A DNA stretch of 64,000 bases from Rebecca billardiae RCC1528 (lineage: Eukaryota > Protista > Haptophyta). This document shows, piece after piece, positions 1 through 11,981 of this stretch (position 1 is its first letter; each line of letters starts with the position of its first letter). The position numbers were made by a program, and so were the translations under genes. The notes beneath the pieces were generated by a model. The model saw only the letters and a list, made by a program, of their open reading frames with translations. It had not been told where the DNA came from and made no database searches. The stretch spans positions 806,001 through 870,000 of the forward strand of contig OZ251230.1 of assembly GCA_965240325.2 (NCBI GenBank). The letters run 5' to 3'.

Positions 1-2
1 CA

Positions 3-1319
3 GCAGACCAGGTCGAGGACTGGCTCAAAAACGGATGGGCGGTGCAAGCTGAACCAGATCGCTCTGTTTTTACGCCCCTCCCCGACGGCTCAGTCAGGCA
101 CGACCTGCTCTGTGTCACACCACTCGGGGTAGTCCCGAAACACGGCTCGTACGATGAAATCCGCATGATATTTGACTGTCGGCGCTCCTGGTTGAACGAA
201 ACTATACCCGATATTCCGTTTCGCTACCGCGAAGTGAATCACGCGTGTAAGGCTCTGCAGCCAGGTTATTGGATGGCGAAGGTGGACATTGAAAGTGCGT
301 TCCCACACATTCATCTCCGTCCAGACGACTGGCGACACTTGGGCTTTGCCTGGCAGGATGGGTTCTGCCACATGACTCGCATGCCTTTCGGGGCAAAGAG
401 TGCGCCGTATGTATTTTCACTGGTCGGAGATGCAGTTCGCCAGGCCTTCATGGCAATCGCTCCCGACGGGGTAGTGGCACTAGTCAACTACCTCGACGAT
501 TTTCTACTGATCTGCAGAGACAAAGCCTCGTGTGAGGCGGCACTGGAGGCTTTTCACGCGCTCCTGGCCAAACTCGGCCTGGTCGTGAGGGAGGATAAGA
601 CAGTACCGCCGACCCGTCGCTGTGAGTTTTTAGGAGTCGTCCTCGACTCGGTGAAGTGCGAGCTGACAGTCACCAGGGAGCGGCTTACCAACGTAAAAAT
701 CGAAATCGACAGTATTTTGCGGCGGCGGACGGCGGCGTCAGTGGCTCAGCTTGAGTCCCTGTGCGGCCGACTAGGCTGGCCCGCGCGAGCCAACCCTCGG
801 TGCCGTCCGTACCTACGCCGCTTGCTCGTGCTCGTGCACGCGCGCGCGCGCGACGCGAGTCAGCAGACGACGACGAAAATAGCGAAGCGGCGTGACGGCG
901 CGGCGAGGAGGGGGACCAAAAACCTGCCCGTGCGCTTGTCCGCAACAACAAAAGACGATCTGCGCTGGTGGGCGCGCGCGGTGCGCCACTGGCAGCCGCG
1001 CACATTGTTTTTAGAAGAACGACCTAAGCCTTGCGTAGCCGTTTTCTCGGACGCCTCGGACAATGGCTGGGGCGCCACTGCACACGGCGAAGATACATTT
1101 GGCACTGGGTTCGCACAACATTCCTTTTCACACATCTACCCAAAAGAATTATACGCGGTAGTCCGCGCCGCACAACGCTGGGGGCCGAAGTGGAAGGCCC
1201 AAAGGGTGCTTGCCTTTGTGGATAAAACTCTGCCCTGGCGGGCGGGGGGGTCAGCGGGCCGTGCCAGTGCTGTCGCAATATTTCCCCAGCGGGTTCGCGC
1301 CTTTTATTTAGCGGTTTGA
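3..1319 (+). mobile_element. DIRS/Ngaro-type (tyrosine-recombinase) retrotransposon pol fragment: reverse transcriptase + RNase H, 5'-partial, 3'-degenerate
   Basis: The frame is open from the window start. RT motifs: KVDIESAFPHI, MPFGAKSAPYVF, YLDDFLL, FLGVVLDS, LESLCGRLGW. DIRS-like RNase H motifs: FSDASDNGWGA, HIYPKELYAV, AFVD. Similarity is lost after AFVDKT. No tyrosine recombinase ORF was seen downstream. GC is lower than in host genes. Confidence 0.85.
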
Positions 1320-2525
1320 CGGGCAGGATGACGAATAACAATGCGACACACAGATGATGGTGAGCTACCTGACTCACTGACGAATCATAACGCGACAGAT
1401 GACTCTGGTGATCTCACCGACAGTGTGATTGCGCGTGTATTCGTGCACCCACTGCGCTACTCGTCATCGTGCCGAGCCGTCGACTGCGCGCACGCACTGC
1501 CAACTGATTGGCGTGCGACGGCGGCTTGCTTGTGACGCCTGACGGTGACGGTTCAATGTCCTCGGAGCTAAACAGTGGTGGCGGAGTGTGATGTCATGTT
1601 TCATGACATCGCCTGACTCCGCCGACCGCACAGCGGCCCGCGCCCGCGCGAGCTGATGACAGTTGGCTGCGCGCACGGCTGGCGCTCGTGCACGCGTGCG
1701 CGTACGCGCTGGCCTGAGACGAGGCGAACGTGGCGCGAGCGAGGCGCGCGGCATGGGAGGGCGCCGCGCGCTCTCTCGCGGCTGCCCAGAGGCGGCTTCG
1801 GCCTGCACGGCCGCATCCACGGCCGTACGAGCGCGCGCTGTGCGCGCCCCCAGCGCCGCCAGGGCTGCGTCCCAGGAGACTTAGGCTCTGCAGCAGCGGC
1901 GCAAGGCCAACTCTCAAGCTGCTCCCCCAACCTGCACGCCGCCGACTGCTCGGCGCCCCCACGGATCTGTTCAGCGAGCATACGCACATCTGCAGGGCAA
2001 GGCGCGCGCACAGGCTCGAGCCCTCTGCGTCGGGAGATGGATGGCAGCGCGAGAAGAGCACACGCGTCGTGTTGCGCTGCGCTGCTCAGTGCGTGCGCAC
2101 GCGCGTGCTTGTGGTGGCCACGCGCGAGAGGGCTCCAAGGCGATGAAAGCAAACATCGGATTCGTCTCATCTTGCGAGATGCGAGCCACCGCGCTGGTCA
2201 GCATCAAGGCAGTGCTCTCGCGTGCGTACATCAGCTTTGCCGGGCGGCGGCTCTTGAGCATGCGCGCACGCGCGCGCGCGGCACCACAGGCGCGAGCGAG
2301 CGAGGCGCTGCCCAACGTAGAGCGTCCATGGCGCTCAACACGCGAGCTCGTGCACCAGCGCGCTTCAACGCGGGGTGGGCGGGCCGGTATCGCGCTTGGC
2401 GGAAAGCGTCGCACGCGAGTAGCGGAGCCGTCGCCCGTCGGAGCCCACGGGCAGCCTGCCGAGACGAGACCGAGAGGTCAGGGCAGCCGCCTTGGGCTGG
2501 GTAGGCGTTCTGGGGGTCCCCTCCC

Positions 2526-3345
2526 GGCGCGCCGCAGGCGCGCCGCAGGCGCGCCGCAGGCGCGCCTCCCGGCGGCCGGAGGCCGCCGAGGCGCCGTAGG
2601 CGCCTTCCACGGCGCCGCAGGCGCCGCGCCGCGCAGCGGCGCGCCGCGCCGCAGGCGCGTGGCAGCGCGCCGCAGGCGCGCGGCAGCGCGCCAAGCGGCG
2701 CGCAGCGCCGCAGGCGCGCGGCAGCGCGCCGCAGGCGCGCCGCAGGCGCGCCGGAGGCGCGCCGGAGGCCGCCGAGGCGCCGTAGGCCCCTTCCACGGCG
2801 CCGCAGGCGCCGCGCCGCGCAGCGGCGCGCCGCGCCGCAGGCGCGTGGCAGCGCGCCGCAGGCGCGCGGCAGCGCGCCAAGCGGCGCTGGCGCGCGCCGC
2901 GCCGCAGGCGCGTGGCAGCGCGCCGCAGGCGCGCTGGAAGCGCGCCGGAGGCCGCCGAGGCGCCGTAGGCGCCCTCTGTGGCGCCGCAGGCGCCGCGCCG
3001 CGCAGCGGTGCGGCGCGCGCCGCAGGCGCGCGGCAGCGCGCCTGCGGCGCGCCGTGCGCCGCAGTCGCGCTGCGTGCCTCCTGCGTGCCTGCTGCGCGCC
3101 GCAGGCGCAATGGCGGCCAGAGGCAGGCGGCCTTCCACTGCCGCTGCGCCGCAGGCGCCCTGCGTGGTGCAGCCGTCGGCGCGCCGCGCAGTGGCGCCGC
3201 GCGCCGCAGGCTCGCCCGGTGTCCCAGGCCCGCGCTGCAGCCACAGCATGCAGCAGCGCTCTGCAGCACTCCTGCGGCGCGTGCCGCGCCGCAGGCGCGT
3301 GCCGCGTTGCGTTGCAGGTGCGTGCCGCGCCGCAGGCGCGCTGCA
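2526..3345. repeat. Low-complexity higher-order tandem repeat built from GCGCCGCAGGC units
   Basis: Dozens of GCGCCGCAGGC(GC) units. A ~127-bp block at ~2575-2702 recurs at ~2761-2887 and partly at ~2943-3010. Confidence 0.85.
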
Positions 3346-4075
3346 GGAGCGCCGATGGCGCGGCTCCCAGCCGCTCCCGGCGGACGACGGCTGCTGAGGC
3401 GCTAGAGGCACCCTCTGCGGCTCCGGGGGCGACGCGCCGTGCAGCTGCGCGCCGTGCGCGGCAGTTGCGCCTCGTGCAGCAGCTGATGCATGCGGTGGCG
3501 CAGCGCGTGCTGATGACCGATCGCGTCCGTCTCGAACGTTGAACGAGTCTGATGTCGCTTATTCGCGATGAGCGCGGCCATAGCCGTCGTGAAAGGTGCG
3601 CAACGCGACTGCGATTGCAGCCGTCCAATCCGCAGCTTAATTCGAGCTGGTTTCGGCAAGTTATTATTATTATTAAATATATATATGATGGAGTGATGGG
3701 CGACTACGAGGGGGGGGGGACGACGGCGAGGAGCGCTCGCTGATCCTGGTGTTTGTCTCTGCTGCTCGATCTGCTGCTACTGCTTGCTGACTCTGACGCC
3801 TGCCCGTTGCATATACCACGTCGTTATAATTAATATATGATATAATGATGATGACGATATGTAATTCGTCGGGCTCGCGCGATCGTCATATCTGAATCTG
3901 AAATCATCATCATCAGCAGCAGCCAGCATGTCGTTGCGCGCGTTCACGGTCACGCCGACTCATCGTCAAACCGCGCGATGAAGTCAGCGACTGCGCGCTG
4001 CCGCTGCTATTCATATTCGTCGTCATCCATCGATGACGATATCTCGTCGTCATCAGGATCTGGCGACGGTGAAGC

Positions 4076-7000
4076 TTAAAACGCCGCCGGCGCCGGCACC
4101 GGCGCCGGCGCCGGCGGCTTGATAGTGAACTCTGCGACGTTGTTGGTGCTGAAGTACTCAGCGATACGGGTCTTGGTCGATTCGAGGGTGCTGGGAGTGC
4201 CGACTTGCATCTGTTTGGCCCACGCTCTCGCCGGGTAGTAACGGAGGCTCGCCACCTCATCGCGATGCAAGGTGCCCTTCTCGAGCACAGCCGCTGCGGC
4301 GGCGTCAGCATCGCCGGTGCGACGGCGCTTGCGACCGCCTGTCGCGCTGCTTGCCGCTGCTGGAGCAGCTGCAGCTGGAGCAGCTGCGGCGCGACTGGAC
4401 ATCCCCAGCGAAGAGAGCACGTCCAGAGCGCAGAGCCGCTCGTCGAGCGCCGACCCGTAGTCAGCAGCAGCTGGCGCAGCAGCAGGCAGGGCGGCCGGTG
4501 CGGCTGCCGGCGCAGAATGAGCGCGCGCGCCCGCCAAGCTTGCGCGCTTCGCGTCCAGCTCCTTGTGCTGCGCCTGGAAGAACTTCCTCAGCAGCGGCGC
4601 CGACGTCGGCGCGGTAAGCCACTCGTCGCGGGCAGCGTCGGCTGTGGCAGGCTGCTGTTGCTTGTAGTACAAGCCGTTGTAGCGTGCGGCCAAATTGACA
4701 TACACAGCTTCGCGCTGCTGTGCATCGAGCACGGGCGCATCCTGCAAGAGCCGCCACGCCACCTCCTTCTCATGAGTCGAGCGAGGCATCTGCGCTGAAG
4801 TCACAGCGCTGCCAGCGGTCTTTTTCATGCGCTTGGCCGCGGTCGCGGGCTGCTTTCCTGCGCGAGCGGGCGGAGGCGAAGGCGAGTCGACCTGGGGCGA
4901 TGGGCACGGCGAGTTGCAGGTACGGTCAGAGAGTGCGTGGTGCACTGTGGCGTGGCGCGGCGCGCGAGCCGCTTGCACGACGCGTGTGCGCGCGCGTGTG
5001 GGGCGGCGCAGCGCGCCGCACACACTGTGGAAGCATCTAGGCCGAGAGCGGAGCCGTCGCCGGGGCTCCAGAGTTGCGACACAGGACTGGTGATGTCCAC
5101 AGGTCGCGCACCGGTTCCGACAATCGTCGAGTCGCCGGTGAAGGTGGGCAGAGGCTCCGCCGTCGGCGCCGCGCCACTGCAGAGGTCGGCGTCGATCGAG
5201 CGCGCAAGTTGCTCGATCTCCGCCAGGCGCGAGGCGCCCGACAGCACGTCGTCGAGCTTCTCGTGCTTGTAATGCACTCGATAGAAGTTGTTGCCGAACA
5301 CCTCGCGCGCGCGCCCATCGCGCGCAGCCGCCGGCTGCTCTTGCCGCCGCTGCATGCGGACAGGATACGGCACGGGCACGGCACACCTGCCTTAGCCGCA
5401 AGGCTGTTCGCCCGCACCTCCTTCCACCAGGGCAGGTACGAGTGCGCATCACGCCTGCCAAGCTTGCGGTCGGCAGCTTCGTTCCGCTGCGCGACGAAGA
5501 GCGCGGTGCGCGCGTGGAAGATGTTGTCGCCCAGCTGGGTGCTCTCGTCGAAGGCGGCGTTGTACGGCCGATGCGTCGCCTCATTCTTGGCCGTCATGCC
5601 CTTGAGCGCGTACAGGTTGAGGCGCGTCTCCGGTCCGATGCCGACGCGGATGTACATCTTCTCGACGGGGAGCGGGTCGGTGTAACATCCCTTCCGCGCG
5701 CAGTCGATCAGGTTCTCGAGAGCGGTGAGCGTGCCCGGACCGTTCGTCGTCGACGGCACGCAGACGCCCGCCGCCTGCAGGATGTCCGCCTTGAGCTGCT
5801 CGAGCTCGGCCACAAGCACCTCGGGGGCCGCGCCGACCTGCGCGCGCGCGCGTGGTGAGGGGTGCGTTGGACTAGGTCAGCTCGCGCCGACGCGGCAGTA
5901 GCGCGCGCGGTGCGGTGAGGAGCGGTGCGGTACGGCGTACCTTGCGGATGTGCTCGCGGTAGCTGCTGCCGAGCGCTTTCAAGCGAGCACCTTCTTGGCT
6001 CTTGAACACCTCAAGGTGCGAGTGCCTCCGCCGCTCGGGGTCCATCAGGTACTTGACGACCTCGTCCACGTCGTCCTCGTGCGGCCTCCGCAGGATGCGG
6101 CCAAGGCGTGCCATGAAGTGGGCAGCAGAGCTGTGTGCCTGGTTGAACGGCACCCGCTGCACACCGTGGAAGCCGTCAGCAAGATCCGCTCCGCGCACGT
6201 TCTCGAAGATGGCCTGCAGCTCGGACTTGCTCACGTCTGTTGCCTTCCTGCAGCACGTGTCGCTGTACACGAACTGCACAGCGCGATCAGCGCGGACGAG
6301 AACGTTCTCGTACCTCACGTTCATCTTCTGGAGGCGCACAGAGAGAGCTCTGAAGAGCGACATGAGGTGCTTCATGTGGGTGCTGGGCACGCGCGCGTAC
6401 GAGACGATGTCGTTGTACTCGCCCATGAGGAAGACCATCGCTCCGCCCTCGCTGGTCTTCAGCGCCGCCTCGAAGGTGTGGTCGTAGCTCAAGAACATGC
6501 CCGGCACGCGGTCGGCCACATCGGCGTCGAGCAGAGACTCGAGGTCGTCGTAGAGCTGCAGCAGAAACGACTTCACGGAGTCGATGCTCGGCGGGCCGAG
6601 GAGGGAGCCTGCCTTGGCCCACACCCACTGCGGAAAGTCTAGCTGCTGTAGTGGCGCACCGAACGCCGAGAAGGGATCGACGGGCCGCGGCGACGAAAAC
6701 GAGAGGCCTTTGGCCTTCAAGCGCTCGGCTGCCACAAATGTGTAGTACGCCTCCATTCGCTTCGAGAGACGGTCCTCGAACTGCAACTTGACCGAGTGAG
6801 CGACCGAGGTGAGCGTGTCTGCCGTCTGCACGAGCACCGAGAGCACGTCGTCGCCTACCCCGCCCTTGGAGAACAAGGTGAGAGGATATTTGACTGCCAC
6901 CTCGCGCGGCAGCACCGAGATCAGCTTGTCGTTCCACGAGTCAAACACAGCAGCGCAGCTCTCAGGCACTAGTACGCCGCTCTTGATGGTGATGTTGTTC

Positions 7001-8086
7001 TTGTCGCACTTGGCCAGCACATCGGGGCAGGCCGGGTTGTAGCAGGCGTACGTCACTCAGATCGGGCAAGCGTGGAAGCCCATGCAGTGCACGAGGCGAA
7101 TATACTTGGTGTACGAGAAGCCATTGCCGCGCATCTTCACGTACTTGTTGGTGAGGCAGCCCGGGCAGATCATCCGCACGCCGGTGTTGGTGCGGACGAA
7201 GCTGCAGAGCGTGCTGCGCGACGTGGCGTCTGCGAGGCCCGCCTCGAGCAGCGAGTGGTCCGTGAGCACGTGCAGCTGATCAGGCTGAGCACATCCTGCG
7301 CGGCGCAGATACTGCGGAGAGCGAGCGGCAGCATAGGTGCAGCGCACGAGCACATGTGAGAGCTTGCGCGTGTGTGTGTGCGGGCGCGCTCGCCAAGCGA
7401 GCGCGCATGTGCCTCACCTCTGCCAAATCAGGCGAGAGGCCGAAGCTGCTGAGCATCTCGTCGAGCGTGTTCCTCGTGTTGATCGTGCAGCGGAACTTCA
7501 CGTGCTCGAGCAGCTCCTGGCGCGAGACCCACTCGTGGAGGTACAGCACGACGAGCACATCCGCGAACAAAAAGCAAGACCGCGCGGACTCCATGGTCTT
7601 TGCTGTCCACTGGCCATCTCCCTTGAGAGTCAGCGCCAGCTTCTGCGGCGGCGGCAGGTTGACGAGCGGCGCGCGGGGGAAGTCGTTCTCGAAGTTCGCA
7701 GCTGTGTAGCGCGTTGCCGGCCATCGGATGCCGCCACCAGTCTGCGGCACTGGAAGCTTGCCGCCAAGGAGGCCGGTGATGATGCCCTTCAGCAAAAGGC
7801 GCAACTCGTCCGCTTCCAGCGTGGCCATGTCGAGCTCCGGCGGGACGTAGGTCGAGTCGCGCAGCTCGAGTGCGGCGCATGACTGCGCGATCGCTGGCAC
7901 AGCCGACGGCGACTCGGCGGCAGTGCCTGCTGCGGCAGGAGAGCTGGGCACCAATGCCTTGAATGCAGCGACGCTCACCGCCGCCGCGCGCTTGGCGAAG
8001 CTCCTCGCCATCTGCAAGAAGCCGCCCGCCTGGCCGCTAGCTCGCGCGCCGGCGGCGGCGGCAGCGGCGGCGGCGGCGGCGGCGGG

Positions 8087-8151
<65 letters not shown>

Positions 8152-8866
8152 ACGTGCTGCCGCCAACCATGCTGCCACCATTTGACAGCAGCTCCAGCGG
8201 CGCTGCCGGTGGGAGCGGCGGCGTAGCCCGCGACAGCGCAGCTGTGCGGCCTCCGCTGCCTCCGCCTCCATCGCCTCCGCCAGTGCCGGGGCCACCGTCG
8301 GCGGCGGTGGCGCCATCAGCAGCGGAGGCGGGGATGGCGGGGGCGGTGCCGCCGCCCCCGCCGCCGTCGCTTGCTGCGCGACTGCGTGTCCGGCTCGAAG
8401 AGGAGCCGCTGCTCGCCGCTGGGCCGGTGGCGCCACCGCCACCGCCGCCGGGCGAGAAGTAGCCCTCGACCTCGTTGCCGCCCTTGTCGCGCCCGCCGCT
8501 GCCGCCGCCGCCGCCACCGCCGCCGCCGCTGCCGCCACTGCACGCCACGCGCGTTGGCGAGTAGCTGCTGCTCGTCGGCCGCGCAGTAGGCGGAACAGGA
8601 GCGGCGAGTCGGTGGCCCTCCTGGTGCAGCTTCGACTGCCTGTAGTAGTTGGCCCTGAGGTTCGCGCACGCGCGTGAGCACGATTGTGCCCACATGGTGC
8701 CCTGTTTTCGTGAGTCGGCTTTCAGGAGTTCTGCGGCCTCGGCCCACTGTGGGCGCCAGAACGAGACGCGCATTTGCCCGGCGAAGACCCACGTGCCACA
8801 CTGCTCGCAGTGGAAGGGCATCCCCGCGCGCGCCTCTCTCAGCTCGGGCGCCCACGGCGTCGCCAT
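4076..8866 (-). pseudogene. Zisupton/KDZ-like DNA transposase, 4 exons (8866-7418, 7311-5941, 5837-5026, 4891-4076), disabled by one nonsense codon and one frameshift
   Basis: GT-AG phase-0 introns join the ORF pieces. Motifs in order: N-terminal CxxC...CSxxC finger, Cys cluster CPGC...YACYNPAC, FLSYDHTF, MGEYNDIV, FVYSDTCC, LADGFHGVQR, GCYTDP, TAKNEATHR, EVFGNNFY, and a C-terminal SAP-like LRYYPARAWAKQMQVGTPSTLESTKTRIAEYF. This matches the motif order of Zisupton transposases as I recall it. In-frame TGA at 7057-7059; 5-bp GTGCC duplication near 5375-5385 shifts the frame. Confidence 0.75.
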
Positions 8867-8963
8867 GGAGCTCGCGCGTGGGCTCGCTAGCTGCTCCGCC
8901 TGCTCGCCCCTGGGAGCCGTCCCCCTGTCCGCCGCCTTTGCGCGGCCGCCCCACCGGACTCCG

Positions 8964-9018
8964 CCAGTGTGTGCCACCTGCGCCCCAGTGTGTGCCACCC
9001 GCCCCAGTGTGTGCCACC
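8964..9018. repeat. Three direct copies of CCAGTGTGTGCCACC upstream of the transposase start
   Basis: Copies at 8964-8978, 8985-8999 and 9004-9018. Confidence 0.85.
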
Positions 9019-9076
9019 CCCCACGAACGCTTTTGGACCCTCCTGGCCGCGCCCCAGTGCGGGCCGAAACGCGGCG

Positions 9077-10097
9077 CCTGGGGGTCAGGGCAGTATCTCT
9101 TTGTTGGCCGAAGATACGCTAGCGTCCTTCCGACCACAAAACCGCGAAAAACGCCGCAATCGCTTGGTTTTCAGACCTCGGCCCCAGCGGCAAATGCGTT
9201 CAGCGACCTCGAAAACCTTGGGACCCGCTCGGGTTTGGGCGTCAGGTGCCGCAGGCGACCGTCCGACCGCCGGAACCGTCCAAAAGTCGAAGGACGCTAG
9301 CGTATCTTCCTTTTGAGGGTGCCGGTAGTACGCTTGCGCCGGCTATGTTCGAGACTTCAGAGGCTAAGACTTCAGCCAGAGGTGCCCCAGGAGGTGCCCA
9401 ACATGATTGACTTAATGGGCAGCAAGCGCCGCGCACGTCAGAGAGCTCCACGACTGACGTTTTGAGCGACACGCTCAGCGACGCGCTCGGCAGCTCGTCG
9501 TCGGACGACCAACAGCATTGAGGGGTCACGGCGACAGCACACAGGGCGGGCTAGTCGGCGGGACGTACGCCATTCGCGACTCCATCAACTGTTGACGAGC
9601 GCGCGGTGGCAGCGGCGCGCTGGTCGCACCTGCAACGCCCTGCTCAGGCACCGCGGCCACCGCGCTGCTGGCCACGCCCCCGGCTCGTGCCGCAGCGGCC
9701 GCGCGTAGCTTGCACTGGCGCAACTGGCGTGGCGTGCGGCAGCGCGGTGGCACTCGGGGCGATGGCGTTGACGATGATAAGTTGCTCCATCGCCACAGCC
9801 CGCTCGAAGCCCTGCGCCGCGCCGCTTTCCTCCGCCTCACGCCGCGCAGCGCCGCAGTCGTCCAAATCACGACCGTCGTCGAGCGCGGTCGCCTCTGGAG
9901 GGCCGTCATCGGCATCAGAAGAGAAGGTCTCGTCATGTGAGTTGTCGTTGAGGTCCCAGGCATCAATCGCGCCCGCGGCCGCCCTCGCGCGCGCCTCCTA
10001 CGCGCCGTCAGAGCTCACGCGCGCCGGGGCGCCATCGAAGATACGCTAGCGTATCTTCCCCGCGGCTAACAAAGAGATAAGCCCCGTTGCCCTCAGG
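9077..10097. mobile_element. Putative ~1-kb non-autonomous element with imperfect long inverted ends containing a 22-bp palindrome
   Basis: TATCTCTTTGTTGGCC-GAAGATACGCTAGCGT (9094-9125) is mirrored by ACGCTAGCGTATCTTC...GGCTAACAAAGAGATA (10043-10079). A third copy of the palindromic core lies at 9289-9309. No TSD identified. Confidence 0.5.
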
Positions 10098-10155
10098 CTT
10101 ATCTCCTAAACCCCTGGACGGGTAAATCCAGGTCCCCCGCCCCCCCCCCCCCCCC

Positions 10156-11816
10156 CCCTGGAGTCCGGGAGGCCGCGACCAGTGTCGACGCTGAGTCCGG
10201 GCGGGCGTCGCCAACTCGCCAAGCGGCGGCTGGAGGAGCGACGGGTGCGTGAGCGTGGCGGCTCGCGGGTATCACCGGCCTTGTGGCACGTAGTCGCGCG
10301 TGTGCGCGCCGTCGCATTGCGTGTACAACACCAGACGCTGACTCCCATGCCATTGCCACGCCCTGAAGACTGCCTCGGCACCTTGTGTCTGCGTTCAAAT
10401 GCTCACGAAGCTGGCTCGCGGCGCTTGTGGCAGTGCCTAGCGTGCAAGAAGCTGCTACGAGTGGCGCCATAGCACTCAAGACCCGGCCGTGACGCATGGG
10501 GCGAGTCGAATAGGCTAATCTGTGCTATGGGCGACCAGAAAAACAGCTCGATCAGTGATCCGTGTCTCTGGAAATGTCGTGCGGCACACACCGTTTGAAA
10601 CGCGAGAGCGCGGCGCGTGCCTAACGTGACCTCTTTCAGGCGGCGTGCGGGGTCGGAAGTCCAGCGCGCGTGTACGTATACATTGTGCATACATACCGCC
10701 ACCTCCCCGAGCCATCACATCGCGCCCAGGCTCCCCACATGTCGAGTCGGCTGGCAGGAAGTGACCGCTCGGCACAAGCTCAAGCCCGCAAGTGGTTGCG
10801 CGCGCCAACCGCAAGGGCGACGAGCGAGGAGAGACATCAGCGGGCTGGTTTGTCGACGTTCCCCGACGTCTTGGGGCCCGCCCCGCCAAGCGTGCCGCCA
10901 CGGAACGCCCCGCAATCGACCGCTAGGACGCTCGGCGAGCACGCACCCACCGCCGCCACGGCAGCCGTCCCCCGAGCCAGGGGTGTACTGTAGGGGACAA
11001 GCCTCAGGCTTGTGACTCAAACCCCTGAAGGGCGACACCGTGCCCCCGGTGCCGCTGCTAGCGTACCTCGCGAGCGTCGGTGCGGACGAATACGGCCCGT
11101 GCGCGCGGACGCGACGAGGCTGGTAGTCGACCAAGGTCATACGTAGTCCCCAGGTACGCGTCGGCGGTCGCTCCTCGCCTCTCTCCGCCAACGCGAGCAG
11201 CGCGCGCAAAGGCGTCGCGGCTTGGATGCAACTCGCACCGCGCACGCACGTGCACTGCGCCCACCTGATGACCGTGCAGGACCCAAAATCGTTGGTGTCG
11301 GGTAGGCCTATGATTACTGCGACCAGGCGCGCGCGTGCGCCCGCAACCTGAGGACGTACACTGCCCACGCACGGGCATGACAGAGTGCGTCGACACGCGC
11401 AATTCAAACGCAGTCGTGTAGCAGAGCCAACAACTCACTCTAGAGACGCCTCGAGACAGACCACTGAGCGCGGGGAAGACGCATAACATCCATGTGCACG
11501 CTGCCCACCGGGCGCACCAGGGGCTAGAGCGCAGCTCGGCCTCTGGGTGCAGCTTCTCATCCGGCGTGTGCAAGCTGAGTCACGTCGCCGGCGTCGCACG
11601 GCGCCCGCGCGGAGCAACGCGGGTGAGATGAGGTGACGAGCGGCGGCAGAGGGCGGCAGTACACGTGCTCTGGCTCGGCGCACCACGCGCCGCGCGCGCG
11701 GGGACGTCCTCGCGGCCTACGTCGCGTTCTCGCGCGGCGGCGCGACGTGGGAAGGGCGACCCGGACTCAAACCTCGCAGCGCCCGCGGCAGCGGCGGCCG
11801 CGCCCGGACTCCAGGG
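10156..11816. mobile_element. Putative 1.66-kb non-autonomous TIR element
   Basis: Perfect 14-bp inverted repeat CCCTGGAGTCCGGG (10156-10169) / CCCGGACTCCAGGG (11803-11816), plus an inner pair TGAGTCCGG (10192) / CCGGACTCA (11761). No credible ORF and no TSD seen. Confidence 0.5.
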
Positions 11817-11853
11817 ATTGCTTAGGAGGCCCCCCCCCCCCCTCCTAAGCAAT
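11817..11853. other. Perfect 13-bp hairpin with a poly-C loop
   Basis: ATTGCTTAGGAGG (11817-11829) + C11 + CCTCCTAAGCAAT (11841-11853). Confidence 0.85.
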
Positions 11854-11981
11854 TCGCTTCACGCGTTTGTCTCAGAAGCCGGTCAGGGCAGTCTAACGCC
11901 GGGGGGCGCAAGCACCGGAACTCCGGAAGGCATCGGCCATCGGCCATCGCCGCTCTCGGAGGGCGCCCAAAGCGCGAGAGC

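Noticed and set aside
3-1319. RT as a diversity-generating retroelement driving LRR variation
   Set aside because: The RT has YLDD plus a DIRS-type RNase H. The LRR variation is not adenine-specific and no template/variable repeat pair is evident.
7057-7059. TGA as selenocysteine or programmed read-through
   Set aside because: The same gene has an independent frameshift, so pseudogenisation is the simpler explanation. No SECIS could be verified.
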